Origin: Folioceros fuciformis
Lineage: Eukaryota
Length of the DNA: 64,000 nucleotides
NCBI GenBank assembly: GCA_049999805.1
Contig: JBNGIO010006248.1
Location: forward strand, 45,900 to 109,899
Direction: 5' to 3'
Part shown: in pieces, positions 58,701 through 64,000 of the stretch
How positions within the stretch are numbered: position 1 is the stretch's first letter
How the letters are laid out: each line of letters opens with the position of its first letter
Position numbers and translations under genes: made by a program
The notes under the pieces: model-generated
Database searches by the model: none
What the model saw: the letters and a program-made list of their open reading frames with translations, nothing else
What the model was told of the DNA's origin: nothing

Positions 58701-60301
58701 CGCTCTTTCCAAAATTGCATGCCTGCATCGTGTACTTAGTAATACGCGGTTCCTGATTAAAGTTGTTGACTGCAGATTTTTCTAGAAACATTGGATGAGT
58801 GCAAAGCTTTGGAGAAAGCAGTATTACTGTGCATGCATCTGGATCAATTTCCAAGTACAGAAAGGCAGGAAGGGGTCATTGACGTGTGGTGGATTGTGCA
58901 TGACGGGGGTTTGTTACTCCTGCTAGCTCATCTATTGACGCGACATAAGATATGGAGGAAGTGCAAGCTGAGAGTCCACACAGTGGCTGAGAAACTCGAC
59001 AATTCAGAGCAAGTCCGAACAAATTTGAAAAAAATTTTAGATCAGGTACGCTGGTTACATGACATGCTAAGGGGAGAACTGGGTTTGACGATGTACATAT
59101 ATGAATTCCCTTTCGACCACGACAGGTTCGCATTGAAGCAGAGGTGGAGGTATTGGAACTCGATGACGCTGGCCTCGCACCGTACACTTTTGACTACACC
59201 ATTCGGACGGAGGAGGCAAGAGCTTATGCTGAACAATTGGCATCACTCAGGTTTACAGTCGCCTGTGATCTGTGAAGTTTTGGCATCGGTGGGCGCTTAT
59301 CAAGGCGTTGGTCTTAGTTGTTGAAATAAAAAAGATCTTTTCTTGGTCTTGCAGGCACCGACGTGATGATCAACCAACAGGTCGGAATCGTCGAAGAGGT
59401 CAAGTCGGCATCGATTCTCCTGTCCGCTTGAACAGAATATCGGAGCAGACATCCGCTTCCAAACAAGATGAGGGGCGCGTGAAGAAAGGGGTTTTGTCGG
59501 CAGTTCCCGGTGAGCTGAGTATGATACAAGGTGCAGCTCACACTCCACGGACAGTCCGCCGGTACCCAGATTCTACTGAAGATTATCACGATGGCTCCTT
59601 CAGGGATCTGAAGCATGATCCCGCAGACGAGTTAGCCGCACAGATTCCACGTCTCGTGAGCTCTTCTGAGCAGCTGGTCGGCGGTACCTCTTTCCAGACT
59701 GAAATGAACCGTGAGACATCAGAGAGGAGAACCTTAGGGCGGCTTTTCGCTGGTTCGGATGAACCAGTCACTGAAGTTGAGGTCGTAATTGAGTCTCCAC
59801 GAGTAAGTACAGATCTCGAAGATGCAGAAGCTGCCGAAAGAGGAACGAACCACTCAGACGAATATGACGTGGAGGTGAGTTCCTCCCTTCATTTCACGTC
59901 GCTGACACCTCGATCTGTTCGAATGTTCTAACATCTCCAGAAATTTGGCTAATATGTTCCTTGCACTACAGGGTGAAGGAGGACGGCCACCAATCCGGGT
60001 GGGCAGTGCAGGGCAATTGTATCCGGGATCTCCTCATCAAACGCAATTCCTTTCACAACATGGTTTGGAACCCATAAGTCGAACATGGGAGACGTTCAGT
60101 CAGAACTACTCTCCAAAGCATTTGAACGACTTAATCGTGGAGCAGTCCAAAGATGCACAGCTAGTACTAATTAATCTCCCCGATCATTACAAGGGTATGG
60201 TGCCTTCCCATTATATGCAATACTGCGAGGAATTAACGCGGGGACTAGACAGAGTCTTGTTTGTCAGAGGTACAGGAAGGGAAATGTGGGGAGGTGGTTA
60301 A
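55758..60301 (+). CDS. Cation-chloride cotransporter (SLC12 family), divergent CCC2-like, multi-exon
   Basis: LGTLSGVLIP, NAIATNG...GGTYYLISRALGP, FFPCFTGILSGADRA, SIPAGTL, PRLLQAIA.D, PSWRPKWKFYH, NWRPQLL, GLGALEPNT, IDVWWIVHDGGLLLLL, LVLINLP and VRGTGREM. Confidence 0.92.
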
Positions 60302-61052
60302 GAACATCTCTGAGGGAATAACCAAAAGTGGTTGGCCCTCGGGCCGACAATGTATAGCGGACAGTCTGATACGTATCGTAACATACTTGACAACATAGTC
60401 TGACACAACAGGATGATCGTGACATCGTGGGTATCTGGAGTACAACTTCACCTCCCTCACTGGACAATCTCTTGGACAGTGGAGTGTTGAATGATCACTG
60501 CGTCAAGCTCCAAGCCTCTTGCTTCATGCATCGAGGAGTGTTTAAATAATCATTCCACAAGGCTGGTCACGGAGAGCTCTCACCATACTTGGACTCGGGG
60601 AACTAGACAACATCTCGGAGAAGATGAGCGCTCTAAGCATCTGAGCTATCAGAGTAGCAATTTGAGAAGCTTGATAGCGTTACACCGTTTTCCAGGTGGG
60701 ACTAAGTTCCTGTAAGTAAATACTCGTTTATCACATTACGTACCAGCCCGATGTGCACACGTCTCACGTCAGTCATCAGCATTCTAGGCATCTCCGTTGT
60801 GGCTGCACGGCAGTCAACCCTAGAGGGAGGGACGGAATGCTCCAATCTATCCTGCAGCAAGCCAGCCTGCTTGTCGGTGCCTCACGCGTGGTCGGAATCC
60901 AGCAAGTTCCGGGGAAGATTGCTTCACTTTCATCACTGCTGCCTTTCACAGTCTGGGCCATTTCCTATAGTCGAGCTGCGTATTAGGGCAAGTATTCGTC
61001 TGAATAGGGCGTATCGTTGGCTGCTCCACCGGCCCCTGGAATGCTGAGTTAG

Positions 61053-61926
61053 ATGGCTGCTCTGGTAATCGTTTGGGTTACGGCGCAGATCGACGCTTAT
61101 CTGGTCTCCTTTAGGCCCTAGCGAGAGCTTGCGGAGTTGCCAGATTCCTGCAGGCTCTCAAAGCGCAGGCAAGTGAGCTGCCCTGCCTCACTTCATCCAG
61201 CATGGCGTTGAGGTCTGCTACTAGGGTTGGTGAGAATCCTGCATCCCAGGCTACCTTCCCTGCTTCTCCCAATTTCGAGGATGCTTCTTTTATGAGCTTG
61301 TGACCTGTGTTTGTGGTCTGACAGGGCAAATAGGAGGAGACCTGTGCAGGAGATCCTTCACATTAAATGACCTCATCAGAACGGGGCAGCTGGAGAAGGA
61401 GTTGGGCAGGTCCCTGCTGAGCAAATCACATATGAGCGCATCAAGCTCAGGGGTGGAGGTTAAGCCTCCTCCCGCGAGGATGAGCAAGGAGGTGGTGGTG
61501 TATGAGGGGCCCCTGGCCAGCACGCTACAGAGAGTCAAGCTGCTCTCTCTGTCGACATGCTGCCTGTCTGTGTCATGTGGCCCTGCTCTCACTTTCTTCA
61601 CTGCTGGGGATCTCTCGGTGCTGGCCAAGGGAGCCCTGGCGTCGACCATGATGCTGCTCAGTGCTTCCACCACAGCTGCTCTGCACTGGATTGCCAGCCC
61701 TTACGTGCGGAAGTTAACATGGGTTCCAGGCTCCAAGGAAATGGAGGTCGAAATTCTCTCCTGGATGGCTACTTCCTTGCATAAAACCATTAGAATCGCT
61801 GATGTCAAGGCGCCTGAGACGCAGCGTCCCTTGGTCACCTTCGCTGCTGAGGGTAACTTTTACTTCATCGACAAAGAGAAGTTCCCGGATCAAGAGCTTC
61901 TGAAGAAACTGACACCCCAAACATGA
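61053..61926 (+). CDS. TMEM70: TMEM70-family mitochondrial membrane protein (5' exons tentative)
   Basis: VYEGPLASTLQRVKLLSLSTCCLSV, two TM helices, STTAALHW..PYV..L and RPLVTF.A.G.FYFID. Tentative presequence exons at 61053-61064 and 61115-61172. Confidence 0.8.
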
Positions 61927-62244
61927 CATTCAGAGTGATCTCTTTAATTCGAGTTTATTCCAAGTTCTTCTAGTGTCGGGCTGAAGTATCGTGCCCTTCG
62001 CACCTCTTCTAAAACCTAACAACACTTGTCATTTTTTTAAACCTACTTTGTCTTGGATGATTGGCTTAATTCGCCAGTTTTCGACTCTGTAATTGGTGGT
62101 GCAATGTCATCGTCCAGGGAAACGATCAAATCTGATCGCTGTGTGGAAAAACATACAACCGTGATGACTCGACCAGGTAATGAGACGTTATCGACCGAAA
62201 TGAAACATGAATGGAGAGCGGAGTACATATTCGCCATAGTACAC

Positions 62245-63918
62245 TTACCGGTTCGGGCTCTGGTCTCTGTGGCCAGTGGACATAGTCCCATCAGAGCGCT
62301 GTCCGGTCTCAGGTCGATTGAGGATCCGCTTCGTTGATCTCGTAGAGTCTTGCTTCCACTTTGCCCTCTTCGTATCCTGCCCCAGCTCCTTGTCCATCTT
62401 CTCGTCGTCAGAATCCCAGTCCTTTCCCCATGCGGTGAGCCAGTCAGGATGCATGCGCTTGCCACAGGTTGGCCTGCAGCATCGCCTCTCTGAGCCTCGA
62501 AACCAGACTAGTAAACAGTGCACGTGGTAAAGGCAGCCACACGAAGCCCCCACGAAGTCTAAGCAGTGAAACCATCTCTCACACACCGGGCAAGGCTTAA
62601 TCACAAGAGTTTCGGGAAGCCGAAGATCTTCCGGATAGTCGGTTGCCTGAGGGATGGCTCTGGGAACAACGCTCAGGTCCGTGGCCTCCTTGTAACGCTC
62701 GGTGATGAGGGCGCGAACTTGTAACAAAGTCGCCGCCCGCTCCTCCCTCGCCTGCTCATATTGCAATTGCTTCTCACAATCCCTGTGCTCACGGATCGCT
62801 TGCTCTGCCATCTCCTTCGACTTTGCCTGCTCCGCTTCAACCAGCTTCTTCATATTATCGAGCTTGCCCAACGACGTCGCTAATGATTCAGTCTGCTCAG
62901 CCGTAAGCGCCAAAATGCCCGTGAGAAATTCCATGTCTGACTTCAACTGCGAGATGTGGTATTCATCCTTGCCGTTCTCGGGGTTCAACACCTTCTTCTC
63001 CTCAAACACATCTTGCAGCTTCTTCTCTAAACTTCGCCTTTCGCGCTGAAGCTTATCATGCCGCTCCCTTGTCTCCTGCGTTTGCTGCGCAACCTCTTCA
63101 CTTCTCTCCTTGTTCTTGTCCAGCAACCTCAGCGCCTGCTCCCGCTCCTCCGCAATCAAAATCCTCCTTCTCTCCAAGTGCTGGACACAGCTCTGCGCAT
63201 CCTCCAAGTGCCGCCTCACTTTCAGCTCTCGAGCTTTCGCTCTCGAAACCTGCTCCTCGTGGCTCTCCTCCCTCGCCCTCTTCTCCAACTCCTTCTGGTA
63301 AACCAGGTCCATCGTCGGATTTTGACGATCCTCCAAGTACATTCTGAAACACTGTCGCAGCTTCGAGGGACGCGATTTCCACTCCTCCTCCCCCTTTACA
63401 CATGCAACCTCTCGATCCTCCTCCTCCTCATCGTCACCGTCGTCATCATCAGCAGGACAGATTTGCCTCTTCTGGTTCCACTTCTTGGGATTCCGATCTG
63501 CCCGTTGCCGTTTGAACTGTGCCTCGAACGCAAAGCTCGCCCAGTCCACTGTCAAGCCGTAACGACGGTCGGCAATCAAACCGCGGACAAATGCCAGTCC
63601 CACTCGCCTCTTCTTACTCGTCGGTATCCCGTACACCTTCTCCAGCATTAGCTGAGCAAATTGAACCATTCCCTCATCCGGATTCCCATCCTCGTCCACA
63701 ACAGAACGGATCAAATAACCTCGCCCGCCCGGTACTGCTGTAAACACCTCATCTACAGCCTGCCGCGACACAATCAGCTCAAATTCCTTGTCGCCGGGAT
63801 TTGCACCTTTGTTACTCAACCCCAAACTATCCCGATAGTACTCCAGCGGGTTTGTCGTTTGCTGCAGCCCATCCAGGCTCAAGACCTGCCTCAGCTGCCC
63901 TTCATTACCATCCGCCAT
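62245..63918 (-). CDS. 557-aa intronless protein: unknown N-terminal domain, long coiled coil, C-terminal RING-like zinc finger
   Basis: Uninterrupted ORF with an E/K/R/Q-rich heptad region and CPVC-x13-CGC-x2-H-x2-C-x11-C-x4-C. Confidence 0.78.
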   Translation of the reverse strand: MADGNEGQLRQVLSLDGLQQTTNPLEYYRDSLGLSNKGANPGDKEFELIVSRQAVDEVFTAVPGGRGYLIRSVVDEDGNPDEGMVQFAQLMLEKVYGIPTSKKRRVGLAFVRGLIADRRYGLTVDWASFAFEAQFKRQRADRNPKKWNQKRQICPADDDDGDDEEEEDREVACVKGEEEWKSRPSKLRQCFRMYLEDRQNPTMDLVYQKELEKRAREESHEEQVSRAKARELKVRRHLEDAQSCVQHLERRRILIAEEREQALRLLDKNKERSEEVAQQTQETRERHDKLQRERRSLEKKLQDVFEEKKVLNPENGKDEYHISQLKSDMEFLTGILALTAEQTESLATSLGKLDNMKKLVEAEQAKSKEMAEQAIREHRDCEKQLQYEQAREERAATLLQVRALITERYKEATDLSVVPRAIPQATDYPEDLRLPETLVIKPCPVCERWFHCLDFVGASCGCLYHVHCLLVWFRGSERRCCRPTCGKRMHPDWLTAWGKDWDSDDEKMDKELGQDTKRAKWKQDSTRSTKRILNRPETGQRSDGTMSTGHRDQSPNR

Positions 63919-64000
63919 CTCTGTACCCCCGGTAATCTCTGCAAGAACTTGTCACTTTTAGTTGTGACGATGCTAACCGTCCATCACCATCATCCCAATA

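Noticed and set aside
62276-63743. Plus-strand ORFs overlapping the RING-like gene
   Set aside because: Antisense shadows of a coiled-coil coding sequence.

Overview
Eukaryotic nuclear DNA from a green plant with a very compact genome: plant-type gene families, TTTAGGG-like motifs, many short (mostly about 60-140 nt) GT-AG introns and four 100-N gaps. A non-seed land plant such as a hornwort is plausible, but this is inference only. About 22 protein-coding genes were reconstructed by eye, in order: LRR-II receptor kinase (NIK/CIK-like), S1FA, tryptophan synthase alpha, SRR1, a small Sel1-like-repeat protein, propionyl-CoA carboxylase alpha, SPC22/23, N-truncated MED7, an F-box protein, queuosine salvage hydrolase, AMY2-like alpha-amylase, MFAP1, UFM1, RsmH/MraW, MNS3, PRMT1, two secreted Gnk2/DUF26-like proteins, a divergent cation-chloride cotransporter, a TMEM70-family protein and a coiled-coil/atypical-RING protein. 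Repeat/TE tracts lie at about 0.4-2.4 kb, 38.2-47 kb (LTR-like segment, inverted TE fragments, copia end, MULE transposase) and 52.9-53.5 kb (chromodomain gypsy remnant). Top leads: (1) an intact, intron-rich PCCA-type gene, an enzyme flowering plants are regarded as lacking; (2) the Sel1-like ORF and SRR1 apparently on one spliced transcript (dicistronic or fused); (3) a CCC2-type transporter with Glu at the conserved TM3 Tyr cation-ligand position. Exon boundaries are manual, and no database searches were run.
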